DNA of 64,000 bases, from the NCBI GenBank assembly GCA_023247255.1, contig JAHFGV010000004.1, positions 20,023-84,022 on the forward strand. The letters are read 5' to 3'. The translations under genes were made by a program, and so were the position numbers. The notes under the pieces were generated by a model. The model was not told the origin of the DNA. It saw only the letters and a list, made by a program, of their open reading frames with translations, and did no database searches. Positions 1 through 12,100 of this stretch are shown one piece after another. This stretch comes from Candidatus Omnitrophota bacterium (lineage in GTDB: Bacteria > Omnitrophota > Gorgyraeia > Aquiviventales > Aquiviventaceae). Positions within the stretch are counted from its first letter, which is position 1. Every line of letters begins with the position of its first letter.

Positions 1-486
1 TCCCTTGGCAATGGGAATCGCGGCATCCAGCATTCGCGTGCCAGTCTCTAAGGTCTGATCGACGGGAACACGTTCCATAACCCCCGGTGCTTCTCCAAAG
101 AGAGCCTCTCGCCCATCGGATGGAATCGGCCCTGCTCCATCCACTGGCTCGCAAAGGCTGTTGACCACCCGGCCTACAAAGGATTCTCCGATGGGTACAC
201 GGAACTCTTCTCCCCGGTTGTAAACCTCATCCCCCGCTCGAATCTGCCCCTTGCCTCCAAAGGCTAAAACCTGCACTTCGTGTTCTGTAAAACCCATGAC
301 CATCCCCCGCGCACCGTTGGCAAATTCGACCTTCTGACCATTCATACAGGAGGGAAGGCCGATGACTCTGACAATGAGCTCACGGACGGATTTAACCATT
401 CCAACCTCTCGTATTTCAAATCCCGAAGTAGACAAAGGATGCCTCTCCACCACCGATGAACGATTTTCTGTCACCGTCTTTTCCAT
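1..486 (-). CDS. atpA: F-type ATPase alpha subunit, N-terminal part (runs off window edge)
   Basis: Manual translation from ATG at 486: MEKTV...EVGMVKSV...VIGLPSCMNGQKVEF...VPIGESFVGRVVNSLCEPVDGAGPI...APGVMERVPVDQTLETGTRMLDAAIPIAKG, a typical F1 alpha N-terminus; follows b/delta. Confidence 0.93.
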   Translation of the reverse strand, partial: MEKTVTENRSSVVERHPLSTSGFEIREVGMVKSVRELIVRVIGLPSCMNGQKVEFANGARGMVMGFTEHEVQVLAFGGKGQIRAGDEVYNRGEEFRVPIGESFVGRVVNSLCEPVDGAGPIPSDGREALFGEAPGVMERVPVDQTLETGTRMLDAAIPIAKG

Positions 487-535
487 GGCCCAATCATTCC
501 TTCAGTTTTCTACGGTCATTTTCGTGTAGCTAAAT

Positions 536-1264
536 CTAGGGATTGGAACCTACACGACGGGCGACTTGTCGAAGCTTATAGGAGAAGCTGCCATCGAGAA
601 CCAGGCTGCCGATCGTAATGGTAAGACCCGCGATAAGCATGGCATCCGTGGCTTCCATGAGAGTTATTTCCCTTCCCAATTTTCCTTTTAGCCACATCCC
701 TATGGCCTGTCGCTGATGGGGATTCAAAGGTAATGCCGAGACCACCCGGGCTTCATGGATATGGTCCTGCGTTGTGACCGACTGAAGCTGGGCCAATCCG
801 TTATGGATGAGTTCATCCAGCCAATGCGACTGCATATCCATCCGCAACTGACCGGGTAATATCTCTTGGACCATCTCACAGGCACGTTCGATAGCACGGG
901 CTTCCATTCTCTGTTCCAATTCTTTCTGAATGGCTTGACGGCTTTCCAAACCTTGCTGAACGATACGTTCGCTTTCACTCCTCGCCTCCTGAAGCAACTG
1001 CGCTCGGGAGGATTCCGTCTCTTGTCTGGCTTTGGACACAATCTGGTCGGCTTCTGTCTTGGCCCGCGTCATCTGCTCCATGTACTGCTGTTCAGCCGCT
1101 TCCAGACGTTGCTTTAACTCTTCCTGACGACGGATGTACTCTGCACTGAGCGCCTGGAGGCGCCCGCTTGCATCCATCAGATGATGCCCCAGGATGCGAC
1201 GCAGGACAAATACAAAAGCGATGAAAACGATAACCTGCAATAACAGAAATGGCCCGAATGGCAT
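536..1264 (-). CDS. F-type ATPase subunit b / delta(OSCP) fusion
   Basis: N-terminal TM helix, long AxxEA coiled coil, C-terminal delta-like VVSALPL...D..LIAGLTITIGSLVLDGS; start taken at MPFGP (1264). Confidence 0.88.
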   Translation of the reverse strand: MPFGPFLLLQVIVFIAFVFVLRRILGHHLMDASGRLQALSAEYIRRQEELKQRLEAAEQQYMEQMTRAKTEADQIVSKARQETESSRAQLLQEARSESERIVQQGLESRQAIQKELEQRMEARAIERACEMVQEILPGQLRMDMQSHWLDELIHNGLAQLQSVTTQDHIHEARVVSALPLNPHQRQAIGMWLKGKLGREITLMEATDAMLIAGLTITIGSLVLDGSFSYKLRQVARRVGSNP

Positions 1265-1271
1265 TTTCCGC

Positions 1272-1493
1272 CTATCCCTTTGCACTGAAGAGTTGCCAGA
1301 CAATCAGAAATGCTACGATGGCCACCGATTCTGCAAAGATGAGCGTAATCGTCATGGCTGTCATGATCTTCGGCGCTGCTGAAGGATTTCTACCTAATGC
1401 CCCGATGCTCGAAAATCCCGTTGCCGCCATGACTAGGGATGGTCCCAAGATGCCTATAATAAAAATGATCGTCAATGCGAAGTTCCGGCTCAT
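1272..1493 (-). CDS. atpE: F-type ATPase subunit c (divergent)
   Basis: Two hydrophobic helices joined by GRNP loop; conserved Glu in IFAES; start at 1493 or 1511. Confidence 0.88.
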   Translation of the reverse strand: MSRNFALTIIFIIGILGPSLVMAATGFSSIGALGRNPSAAPKIMTAMTITLIFAESVAIVAFLIVWQLFSAKG

Positions 1494-1511
1494 CTTTTCC
1501 ACATTTCGCAT

Positions 1512-1775
1512 TCAAACCGTTTCTATAACCGCAATCACCCTGTCGCTTGCTACACGAACGACTCCCCGTCGGATGGTGATCGACCGGCCGTCAATGGATA
1601 GTTCTCCCTTAACCAGTCGGCTCAGCAATGATCGGTGGAGAGGCAGGATTTCAAAAACCCCCTGCTCTCCTGGAAACGATAGGCTTTGGGCTCTTCCCTC
1701 AAACATCACTTGACTGGGGCTCACCACAAGAACCTCCAACTGTTTCTGCGCGGCTTTTTCCTTGACGTTGGGCAT
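1512..1775 (-). CDS. atpC: F-type ATPase epsilon subunit, beta-sandwich domain only
   Basis: LEVLVVSPSQVMFEG...PGEQGVFEILPLHRSLLSRL..G motif; no C-terminal helical hairpin. Confidence 0.85.
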   Translation of the reverse strand: MPNVKEKAAQKQLEVLVVSPSQVMFEGRAQSLSFPGEQGVFEILPLHRSLLSRLVKGELSIDGRSITIRRGVVRVASDRVIAVIETV

Positions 1776-1908
1776 CGCACTCATCGATCCATCCGCTGTT
1801 CTGCAAAACGCAGAAAGGAGGGGGTCCACACCCTCCTCTGATAGTCTGCTTCTTATTGGTCTGTTTGGTCTGGGCTTGGGAAGAAGCTGGGCAGACTCCC
1901 TCAGAAGC

Positions 1909-2712
1909 CTATGGCGCTACCTCCGGTCTTCCTCCCAGTACTTGATCCTGTGATTGGGATTGCGGGAATTGCGATGAACGCCCCTCCGAAAAAGTCGTGT
2001 GCTTTATCCGTCGATGCCAGGTGAAGAAGAACTGGCCGGCCAAGAGTCCCATAAAGATCACGATCAGGAAAATCACCAGCCATGTCGTTGTGGTTGAAGG
2101 GGCATCTGACTTGAGTGGAGATTCCTCAAGCATTTCCGGAATCGGCGGCCCGCCTGTGAATGACAAGAGCTTTTCCAGCCGCGTGAGATCATCTTTGATC
2201 TGTTCCAACATCAACAAGTTGCGTCGATAAGCACCGATCCGCTGCTTGCGACTGATCGTCTCATCTACTTGTATCTGCTCAATATTACTCAGCCGATTTA
2301 AGATGGATTCTCCCAGTGACTTAGCAGAATCAGCGTATTCGCTCTGTCCCAGACGTTTCAATATAAGCTCGGTCTGTGTTCGCAACCCAAGAATCTCCTC
2401 TGAAGGGATGAACCACACATCGCGCACAATAACCTCGAATACGCGCATTTGCTTGGGAGCCAACGTCACTTCTGGCTTGTGGACGTAGTAAAGGGATTTG
2501 TCCGTATCGAACTCCACCTCCATATCCCCTTGCTCTAAAATATCCGTTGGTTTGACCTCTTGGGGAAGATCGATACGGATAGGGACGGTCCGGTTTTTAT
2601 CGGAAGAGGGATTAACCGCAACAATACGTAGGGTCATCGGCTCTCGCTCAGCAACTATAGCCGCCTCGATGGAAGAAGTCATGAAGCCACAACCGATCAG
2701 CATCATTACCAT
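1909..2712 (-). CDS. Exported protein with C-terminal TM anchor (hypothetical)
   Basis: Signal-like N-terminus (MVMMLIGCGF...IEA), beta domain then helical domain, TM WLVIFLIVIFMGLLAGQFFFTW; ORF extension to 3192 is repeat-derived; alternative in-frame GTG start at 2751. Confidence 0.75.
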   Translation of the reverse strand: MVMMLIGCGFMTSSIEAAIVAEREPMTLRIVAVNPSSDKNRTVPIRIDLPQEVKPTDILEQGDMEVEFDTDKSLYYVHKPEVTLAPKQMRVFEVIVRDVWFIPSEEILGLRTQTELILKRLGQSEYADSAKSLGESILNRLSNIEQIQVDETISRKQRIGAYRRNLLMLEQIKDDLTRLEKLLSFTGGPPIPEMLEESPLKSDAPSTTTTWLVIFLIVIFMGLLAGQFFFTWHRRIKHTTFSEGRSSQFPQSQSQDQVLGGRPEVAP

Positions 2713-2729
2713 GGCGATTTTGTGGAGCC

Positions 2730-3035
2730 CCACAGGATGAGCCTGTCGCACTGATAACTTCTCCCCTCCCAAGGAATCATGAGAAACTGCCTTGGAATTT
2801 TCGATTCTCGATTTTGGATTTTCGATTGGAAGCCCCCTGTTCAATCGAAAATCGACAATCGTCAATCGACAATCCCACGGGATGAGCCTGTGGCACTGAT
2901 AACTTCTCCCCTGCCAAGGAATCATGAAACTGCCTGGGAATTTTCGATTCTCGATTTTGGATTTTCGATTGGAAGCCCCCTGTTCAATCGAAAATCGACA
3001 ATCGTCAATCGACAATCCCACGGGATGAGCCTGTC
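2730..3035. repeat. Tandem duplication (~142 bp unit) containing a heptamer-built palindrome
   Basis: ggatgagcctgt.gcactgataacttctcccct..caaggaatcatga...ttcaatcgaaaatcgacaatcgtcaatcgacaatcccac occurs twice back to back. Confidence 0.9.
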
Positions 3036-3141
3036 GTACCGGCAAGTCCGCCCCGATCGGGGCGACATCCCGCCAACCCAATCGGCTCTGCACTAGCGTG
3101 TCGCCCACAGCCTTCGGCCGTGGCGCAATGGCAGGGTTGAT
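3017..3141. repeat. Dispersed ~125 bp repeat family A, intergenic copy
   Basis: cccacgggatgagcctgt...ggcgcaatggcagggtt; similar to 23726-23851 and 27893-28017. Confidence 0.85.
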
Positions 3142-3160
3142 AAATTCCGCGAAGCGAAAG

Positions 3161-6100
3161 TTATTGATAGATGACGTGAACCACCGGATCATCGATTCCT
3201 CCCAGCTTGTTCTCCATCAAAAGCTGCATCACCTCGGTTGCTCCTTGAACAGTATCTGTCTTCTTACGAATGTTTTGGATGGAGTCGGATTTCTCCAAAC
3301 CTTTCTCCACACCCATCTCCATGAGTTGGCTAAAATCATAGCCTTCATCCCCCGCCAAGGCACTGATCCGCTCGGCGACGTCGTTAATCGCCTGCTTCAT
3401 GCGGACGTTCGAGCCTTCTTCGGCCACTGCCTTGGGGATACGATCGATCCGTTGTTTGAGCACCTCGAGCTTTTGACCAAGTTGTCCATCACCTCCCAGG
3501 CTTCCCTGTAGATTCTTCACCGCTGTGTAGGTATCCTGGATCACTCCTCGTGAGGCACTGGAAGCAGCAATCTGTCCTGAGAGATCATCGAGAGAAGTCC
3601 CCGTGAACTGGAAAGAGCCTTGATCGAAGAACCCGGTGAGCGACTCGGTGACTAACGCGACCACCGACTTGCCTATCGGCACCAAGCTTCCGACCGATTC
3701 CGGAACGAGGTACTCGAAAGTAGTCACCTTCCCATCGCTGCCTACCTTCTTCATGGGGGTCTTGGCGGTCAGGACGACGCCATCCGCCGACAGTTCGATA
3801 AGCGGTGTCCAGTTATCCGCTCCAGCCAACTGAATGCTGATTGTCTCTCCAATCTTTGCACTGGTTTTCATCAGGAGTCGCCCCTCAGGACGTTTAACGA
3901 AGATCGTCCCCACCTGGAAACTCCCAATCGCATCATCCTTCACGGTAACGGTAATCGTTTTTCCAGGTTGGAACTTCGTTGCGGTTATCACCTGCTCCGC
4001 CAAGCCCCACTCGGAACTCCACTCGAACAGGTTCTGTGCACCGGAAATAGGCTGCATAGCGACTTCAGAAACCACCGCTATCTTGTCAAAGTTCTCAATG
4101 GTGATTTTGGGAGACAAACTGAGCCCCTGAGTATCGCGTGGGCCACGCCACCGAATGATAAGAGGAAGGCCTGTGTTGATTTCTTGTGGCGTTAGGAGCT
4201 TGGCACTTTGTTGATTGGCGACCGTCCTTAAATCGTTGGCTGTCGCCTGGCTTTGATTCGCAGCGCTGATGAGGGTATTGGAAGCCGTCTGGCTGTTTTT
4301 GGCCGCAGTATCCAGCGTGGATATCGATGTGCTGATGGAATGGGTGAAAGTGTCGAGGGTCCCTTGGATATCGGTACGCACCTGGGACAAGGGAACATCC
4401 AGATTTTTATTCACCTCATGTTTCACGTCTTGCAATTTCTGCTCCACATTAATGGTCAGCGTCCGCGGGGTTTTAAACACCCCTCCGGTTGCAATATTGA
4501 TCGTTGTGACTACGCTGTAAACCTTTCCTGCCGTGAGGGAGGTCGGACTCCAGGTGAAGTTGTACTGCGGACTGGAGTAGAAACCCAGGGCATTCGGAGG
4601 GCCATTAGCAACGAATGATTGGATAAGGGTCGCGCCATCGTAGATGTCCACTTGACAGAGCACCGGGCCGGTCACCGTTGAGCCGTCGCGACGAAGCGTG
4701 GAAGTCACGGTAAGAGAGTCGGCAACTGCAGCAATAGGTGGATTAAGATTCGGCAGTGCTTGGACCGCAGGCACGTAAGCAAATTCCGTCACCGCCTCCC
4801 AGATATGCACCACTTGCGTTTCCATGAACACATCCAAGGGCGCCGTTTCCGGATAGTCTCGGTCGACCACGAAGTTAAGTGTCTGATCTCCATAGGACAC
4901 ACGGCTGAACTTAGCCGACCAGGAACCATATTGAAGCGGTTTGTCCTTGATGATCGAGGACAACCCGGACTCAGTCCAAGTGTAGGCAGGCGGTTGCGTC
5001 GAGCCAGGCTGGCTAGGCGTACCGGCACTGACCGTTAACTGATCCAGGTGGTTGTTGGTCAGAAGATCTCGAACGCGGAACGAAACCTTGTACAAATCAA
5101 TTTTAAAGTCGGCATCCGACTGATCCGACACCGTTACATCAGCGGTATTCACCACACGCACACGGGAAGTCATCGAGACGGTATTCGGCACAAGCCAATT
5201 GTAACTTCCAGTGTTCGTCAGCAAAGCCACGATCACGTTGCCTGCAGGATAGGTGGCACCACCGTCGGTCGAATACTCAAGTTTTACGGTAGGCAGGGTG
5301 CCGGCTGTCGTCCATGAAATCGTACGTATTTCATTCACTACCCAGCGCTCGAGCCCATTCGGCGTGACAATGTTGAGGCGTCCCTGGATCTTGAAATCCG
5401 CATTGGAAACATCAGAAACATTGGCATCGTTGACATCTTCAATACGGACCCTGACAGCCGAAGAAATGCTATCCGGGACCATCCAGGCATAGTTGAAGGT
5501 ACCGCTGGAGCCCACCCCATTGGGAGCCGAATTCGCGATTACGTCGGAATACGTGCTTCCGCTGTTAGTCGAGTAGGTCAGTTTGACGTTCGGAATCGTA
5601 CCACCCCAGCTCCAGGCAATATTTCGGCTCTCACCGACACTCCAAAGCTCTCCACCGTTGGGTGCGCTGATCGTAAAGTTACCCTGGATATTAAAGCTCG
5701 CATCGGAGGCGTCGAACACCGTGGCATCACTCACATCCTCAACTTTGACTCGTGCCATCGTGGTGGGTGCATCTGCCACCGTCCAGGGATAGAAGGTCGG
5801 ATTTGCAGGAGTCGATGCGACGATGACGTTCGGATAGGTCGTGCCTGCGTCCGTTGAGTAGGTGATCTTCACGTTTGCAATCGACCCGAGCCTCAGCCAA
5901 CTGATGTCTCGCAATTGGCCTATCGGGAAGTTTTCGCCGCCATTGGGATTCGTGATGGTGAGGCTGCCCTGAATCTTAAAGTTCCCGTCCGAAGCGTCGT
6001 TGGCGTCGGAATCAGTCGAGGACGACACCCGGATACGCACTTGTGTGGAGATGGCGTCTTCCACCGTCCAGGTGTACGCGCCTGTGTTTTGGACCACGCC

Positions 6101-9100
6101 GTCATTTAGGGTCTGATAGTTTTCTTGAATGGGTTGGTATGCGGTCCCACCGTTAGTGGAAAGTTCCAACTTCACTAAGGATACGGTACCTGTATTCGTC
6201 CAGGCAATAGTCCTGGACTGAGCCACCGTCCAGATTTCGGCACCGTTGGGCGCGGTCAGGGTAAAACCGGCCTTGATCTTGAAGTCCGCATTCGAGATAT
6301 CGTTGGCTGTCGCATCGACAGGATCACTCAAACGCACACGGCCCTGGGCGGTAATCGTATCTGGAATCGTCCAGGCAAAGGTACCATTGTTAGGAGTCAG
6401 ACCAGCGATTGTCGTCCATGTGCCGCCGGAATTGGTGGAATACTCAATCTTGGCATTGGATACCGAACCGGTCTTAGCCCATGTAATGTTCTGCACACTT
6501 CCTACCACCCATTGCTCGGTCCCGTTAGGAGCAGTCACCGTGAAGTCTCCAGTAATGCGGAAATCGGCATTGGAGTCGTCCAAAGCTCCAATATCATTCG
6601 GATCGGACACCCGCACCCGAACTGTGTTTGAGATGGCATCTGGAACCGTCCACCCGTAGCTGCCGATACTGGGGGCGCTAGCGTTGATGGTCTGCAAGTC
6701 GGCGTTGAAGCCATCGCGGGAGTACTGGAGCTTGACATTCGGAATCGTGCCCACGATTCCCCAGGTGATGTTCTGAACCTGCCCCACCCGCCACTGCTCG
6801 GCACCGTTCGGTGAGGTCAAGGTGAAGATTACCCGTATTCGGAAGTCGCCATCCGAGGTGTCGAAGGCCTCGGCATCGGTTGTCTGCGATACACGCACCC
6901 TCACGCTGCCGGTCACATTGTCCGGTACGGTCCATCCGTAACTGCCGGTGTTGCTGGTTGAGCTTGTAATCAGGTTCGGGAAACTCGAGCCACTGTCTGT
7001 AGAATAGTCGATCTTCACGAAACTAACCGTACCGTTCGTCAGCCATGTGATTGTCCGCGCGCTGCCTACTGCCCACACTTCACCGCCGTTGGGCGCGGTC
7101 ACTGTAAAACCTGCTTGGATCTTAAAGATGACATCGGAGGCGTCATTGACGGTGGCGTCGTTCGTATCGCTGACCTTGACCAGACAGTTGGTTGAAATAT
7201 TGTCAGGGATAGCCCAGGCGAAGCTACCCGTATTGGATGTGGATGCGGTGATGGGGGCGTAGAGGCCGCCGCCATTCGTTGAAAATTCCAGTTTAACGAA
7301 CGGAATGGATCCGTTTCGATCCCATGTAACCGTGCGAACCGAGCCGACGGTCCATTTCTCCCCGCCGTTGGGGGCCGTGATCCGCAGGAAACCTTGAATC
7401 TTGAAATTAGTGTTTGAGGCGTCGCTAGCCGTGGTATCGTTCACATCCGATACCTTGAGGCGCGCGGCTGTCGTAATGGCGTCTGGGATCGTCCAGGCGT
7501 ACGTGCCAATATTCGCTATCGAAGATGCAACGACGCTCGGGTAGGTTGCCCCACCATCCGTAGAATATTCAAGCTTAACGTTCGCCACAGTCCCTGCACT
7601 GATCCAGGTGATGTTCTGTACACTGCCCACCGTCCAGGCTTCGCCTCCGTTGGGGGCGGTGACTGTGAAACCGGCCCGGATCTTGAAGTTGCCGTTGGAG
7701 GTGTCAAAGGCATCAACGGTATCGGTGACATCCGACACACGGATTCTCACCGTCGCTGAAATCGCATCGGGAACCGTCCACGCAAAGGTCCCTGTGTTGG
7801 GCGCGGAGGTGGCGATCCCGTTGGGATACGTGGTGCCGCCATTCGTCGAATACTCAAGCTTGACGTTGGCCACCGTCCCCGCAGTCGTCCAAGTAATACC
7901 CTGACTCACTCCAACCACCAACACCTCGCCTCCGTCCGGTGCTGTCATTGCGAAGCTGGCCTTGACTTTGAAGTCCGCATCCGAGGCGTCGAACGTACCG
8001 GCATCGGCCGCATTGGATACGCGAAGGCGCATAGTCGTGGTGATTGCGTTCGGAATCGTCCAGTTGTAGCTGCCCGTATTTGACGAAGCGGCCGTGATGA
8101 CGTTGGGATAGCTAGAACCCCCGTCCGTCGAGTACTCGAGCCTGACGTTGGGTATCGTCCCAAAGGTCGACCATAGGATGGATTGTGTCGTACCGACGGT
8201 CCATTTCTCCCCACCGTTGGGAGCCGTCAGGTTGAAGCTACCACGAATCGTGAAGCTGGCGTTTGACTCGTCATAGACCGTCGCATCCGTCACGTCGGTA
8301 ACCTTTACCTTCACCGTGGTCGATATCGCATCCGGAATGGTCCATGCAAAGGGCGTTCCAGTCGTCGCGTTGAGCGACGTGGCAATGAGGCTGCCAACCG
8401 GATAGGTCGTGCCACCGTCTGTTGAGTATTCGAGTTTAACATTGGCGATCGAACCGGCTTTGGTCCAGCTAATGTTCTGGTTGGATTCAACGGTCCAAAT
8501 CTCTCCCCCGTTGGGCGAGCTCAAGGTGAGGGACCCCTTAATCTTGAAGTTGGCGTTGGACTCGTCATAGGCATCCGGATCCAGCACATCTTCAACCTTG
8601 ACCCGCAACGTCGTTCCGATCGCATCTGGAATCGTCCAGGCATAGGACCCCGTGTTTGTCGTCGATGCGCTGATCGCGTTGGGATACGTCGTGCCACCAT
8701 TGACAGAGTAAGAGAGTTTCACATTGGCAACGTTGCCCACCGTTGTCCAGGTAATGTTGCGGGTTTCCCCAACGACCCAGACTTCCCCACCGTTGGGGGA
8801 ACTGAGCACGAACCCCCCCATGATCTTGAAGTTAGCGTTGGAGGCGTCAAACACAGTGGAATCCGATACATCGGTGATCCGGACTCGAACCTGTGTGCTC
8901 GTGGTGGTTCCCAAGACCCACGCGTAGCTGAGGGCACTGGCAGGGGTAGTCGCCACGATCAAGTTAGGATAGGTTGTTCCACCGTCGGTTGAGTATTCCA
9001 GCTTAGCGTTGACCATCGATCCGGTCTTGGTCCAGGTAATCGATTGTGTGGAACCGGCCGGCCACTTTTCTCCCCCGTTAGGCGATAGGAGCGTAAAAGA

Positions 9101-12100
9101 ACCGGCGATCTTGAAATTGCCGTTTGATGCGTCGAACACCGTAGAATCCGACGTATCGGTAATCTTGACTTTCACCGTGGAGGACATGTTGTCGGGAGTC
9201 GTCCAGGCAAAGCTGAGTGCCGAAGCGCTGACTGAGGAAGTAATCGCGCTCGGATAGCTCACCCCACCATCGGTGGAGTAGTCCAAACGTGCCGTGGCGA
9301 TTGAACCCGTCTTCGTCCAGGTGATGTTCTGGGTCGCACCAACGATCCAAACCTCCCCGCCGTCCGGCGCGGTGAGGGTGAAGGAACCGGCGATCTTAAA
9401 GTTCCCATTCGATGTGTCATTTACGGTTGCATCCGTCAGATGAGTGATTTTCACTCTAACCGTCGATGAAAGGGTGTCCGGAATCGACCAGACGTAACTG
9501 AGCGCAGCGGCTGGACTCGAGAGTGTAATGACATTCGGGTATGTCGATCCGCCGTCGGTGGAGTACTCAAGCTTCACAGTGACAATGGTACCGGTCTTCG
9601 CCCAGGTAATGTTCTGGGAGGAGCCGACGATCCATGTCTCGCCACCGTTGGGGGCATTGAGCGTCAAGGATGCCTTGATCGTAAAGTTGGCATCTGAAAC
9701 ATCCACCACAGTCGCATCGTTCTCATCGCTGATTTTGACCTTCAGGCTGGTGTTAATAGCATCAGGGATCGTCCAGGCATAGCTCAGCGGCGCCGCAGGT
9801 GCCGATGCAGTGATCAGATTCAAATAGGTCGTCCCACCATCCGTTGAATATTCGAGCTTCACGTTCGCAAAGGAACCCGTTCGCGTCCACGTAATGTTCC
9901 GGGAGGCACCGACGATCCAGACTTCAGCGCCATTGGGTGAGGTGAGGGTCACCGACCCCTTGATCTTGAAATTGGCGTCCGAAACATCTGTCACAGCTGA
10001 GTCACCCGTATCCGTGATCTTCACCCTGACCCCTGTTGAAAGGGCGTCCGGCACGATCCACGCGTAGCTCAGCGTCCCGGCCGATGTGGAAGCCGTGATG
10101 AGACTGGGATAGGTCGTGCCTCCATCGGTCGAATAGCGCAACTCCACGTTCGGAAAGGATCCTGTCCGCATCCAAGTGATAGCGCGACTCTCCCCCACCA
10201 CCCAGACCTCGCTACCGTTTGGTTCACTCAGAGTCACGGAACCCCGGATGTTGAAGTTCGCGTTCGACTCATCGTACACGCTGGAATCCGCTGTATTCGT
10301 TACCTTGATCTTGGCCTGCGTCGTTGGCGTATCGGGAATCACCCACGCGTAGGGAGTCCCCGTCGTTGCTGAAACCGACGCCACGATCAAATTCGGATAG
10401 CTCGTACCCCCATTGGTGGAATATTCGAGTTTCACGTTGGCGATCGAGCCGGTCCTCGTCCAGGTGATGTTCTGCGTCGTCGCGATGAGCCATGCCTCCG
10501 CCCCATTGGCAGCGGTGACGGTCAGGCTACCTGCGATCTTGAAGTTGGTGTTCGAGATATCAAACACAGAGGAGTCGCTCACATCGGTCACCTTGACGCG
10601 GGCGGTGGTTGTGATCGCGTCGGGAATCGTCCAGCTATAGCTGCCGGCCGATGCAGAAGTGGAGGCCAGGATGACATCCGGATAGCTGACGCCACCGTCG
10701 CTTGAGTATTCCAACTTCACATTGGCAATCGAACCGACCTTGGACCAAGTGATTGGCTGGCTTGCCCCAACAATCCACGTTTCGCCGCCATTCGGGGCAT
10801 TGAGTGTCAGCGAACCCTTAATGGCAAAGTAAGCGTTGGAGACAGCGCTCACCGTAGGATCGCTTACGTTGCTCAAGCGGACTTTCACCGTATTGCTAAT
10901 AGCGTCAGGAATCGTCCATGCGTAAGCAGACGGCGTGGACGGCACCGAGGCGGTAATCAGGAAGGTCTGCAGTTCATCGGCAAAACCGTTCTTCGAATAC
11001 TCGAGCTTCACGTTCGGAATGGTCCCAGTCTTTGTCCAGGTGATGTTCTGGGTATCAGCCACGACCCATATCTCACCACCATTCGGCGCCGTGACGGTGA
11101 GGGAACCCTTGATACCTAAGTTGGCATTAGAATCATCGAAAACACTCGTGTCACCCGTGTCGGTGATGCGAACCTTTACGGTGTTTGAAATATCATCTGG
11201 AATCGTCCATGTGTAACTCAGGGTAGCGGCAGCGGTGGAAGCAATGATGACTTTTCCCGGATCCGGCCAGGTGATACCACCGTCAGTCGAATACTGCAGC
11301 TTCACATTTAAGATCGAGCCAAATTTCGTCCAGGTGATGTTATAGGAGGAGCCGACGATCCATACTTCACCCCCATTGGGTGCTGTAATCGTCAACAGAC
11401 CCTGGATCTTGAAGTTCGCGTTGGATTCATCAAAGACCGTGGAATCCGACACATCACTCACCCGCACCTTCACCGTTGTGGCTGGGGCATCCGGAATGGT
11501 CCAGGCATAGGGGGTACCGCTCGTTGCAAAGACTGAGGCGATAATCAAATTCGGGTAGGTGGCGCCGCCATCGGTTGAGTATTCCAGCTTCACGTTGGCA
11601 ATAGAGCCCATCTTTGACCAGGTGACGTTCTGAGTCGTTGAAATGGGCCAGGCTTCACCGCCGTTGGGCGAAATCAACAACAAGGAGCCGCGGATCTTGA
11701 AGTTACCGTTTGACACATCGAACGCATTGGCATCCGACGCATCGCTGATACGAACCTTGACTGTAGTCGAGATCGCATCGGGCACGGTCCAGGCGTAGGT
11801 GCCGGTGTTTGAAGTCGAGGCAATAATGAGATTCGGGTAGGTAGCGCCGCCATCCGTCGAGTATTCGAGCTTAACGTTCACCACGGAGCCCGCGGTCGTC
11901 CAGGTGATGTTGCGACTTTCCCCGACCGCCCATACCTCCCCGCCGTTCGGTGAGGTCAGGACAAAACCACCCATAACTTTGAAGTCAGCGTTGGAAGTAT
12001 CGTAAACCGTCGAGTCCGAGGCATCCGTAACCTTCAGCCGTACCGTTGCAGAGATCGCGTCGGGAATCGTCCACGCGTAGATACCGGTGCCGGCTCCCGT

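Noticed and set aside
2795-3017. Possible CRISPR array (also 61430-62302)
   Set aside because: Units are ~80-140 bp palindromes without unique, regularly sized spacers; no cas genes in the window
2752-3192. N-terminal ~150 aa of the 427-aa ORF
   Set aside because: Translation of repeat DNA (SKIENRK, QAHPVG); a signal-like N-terminus begins at 2712/2751
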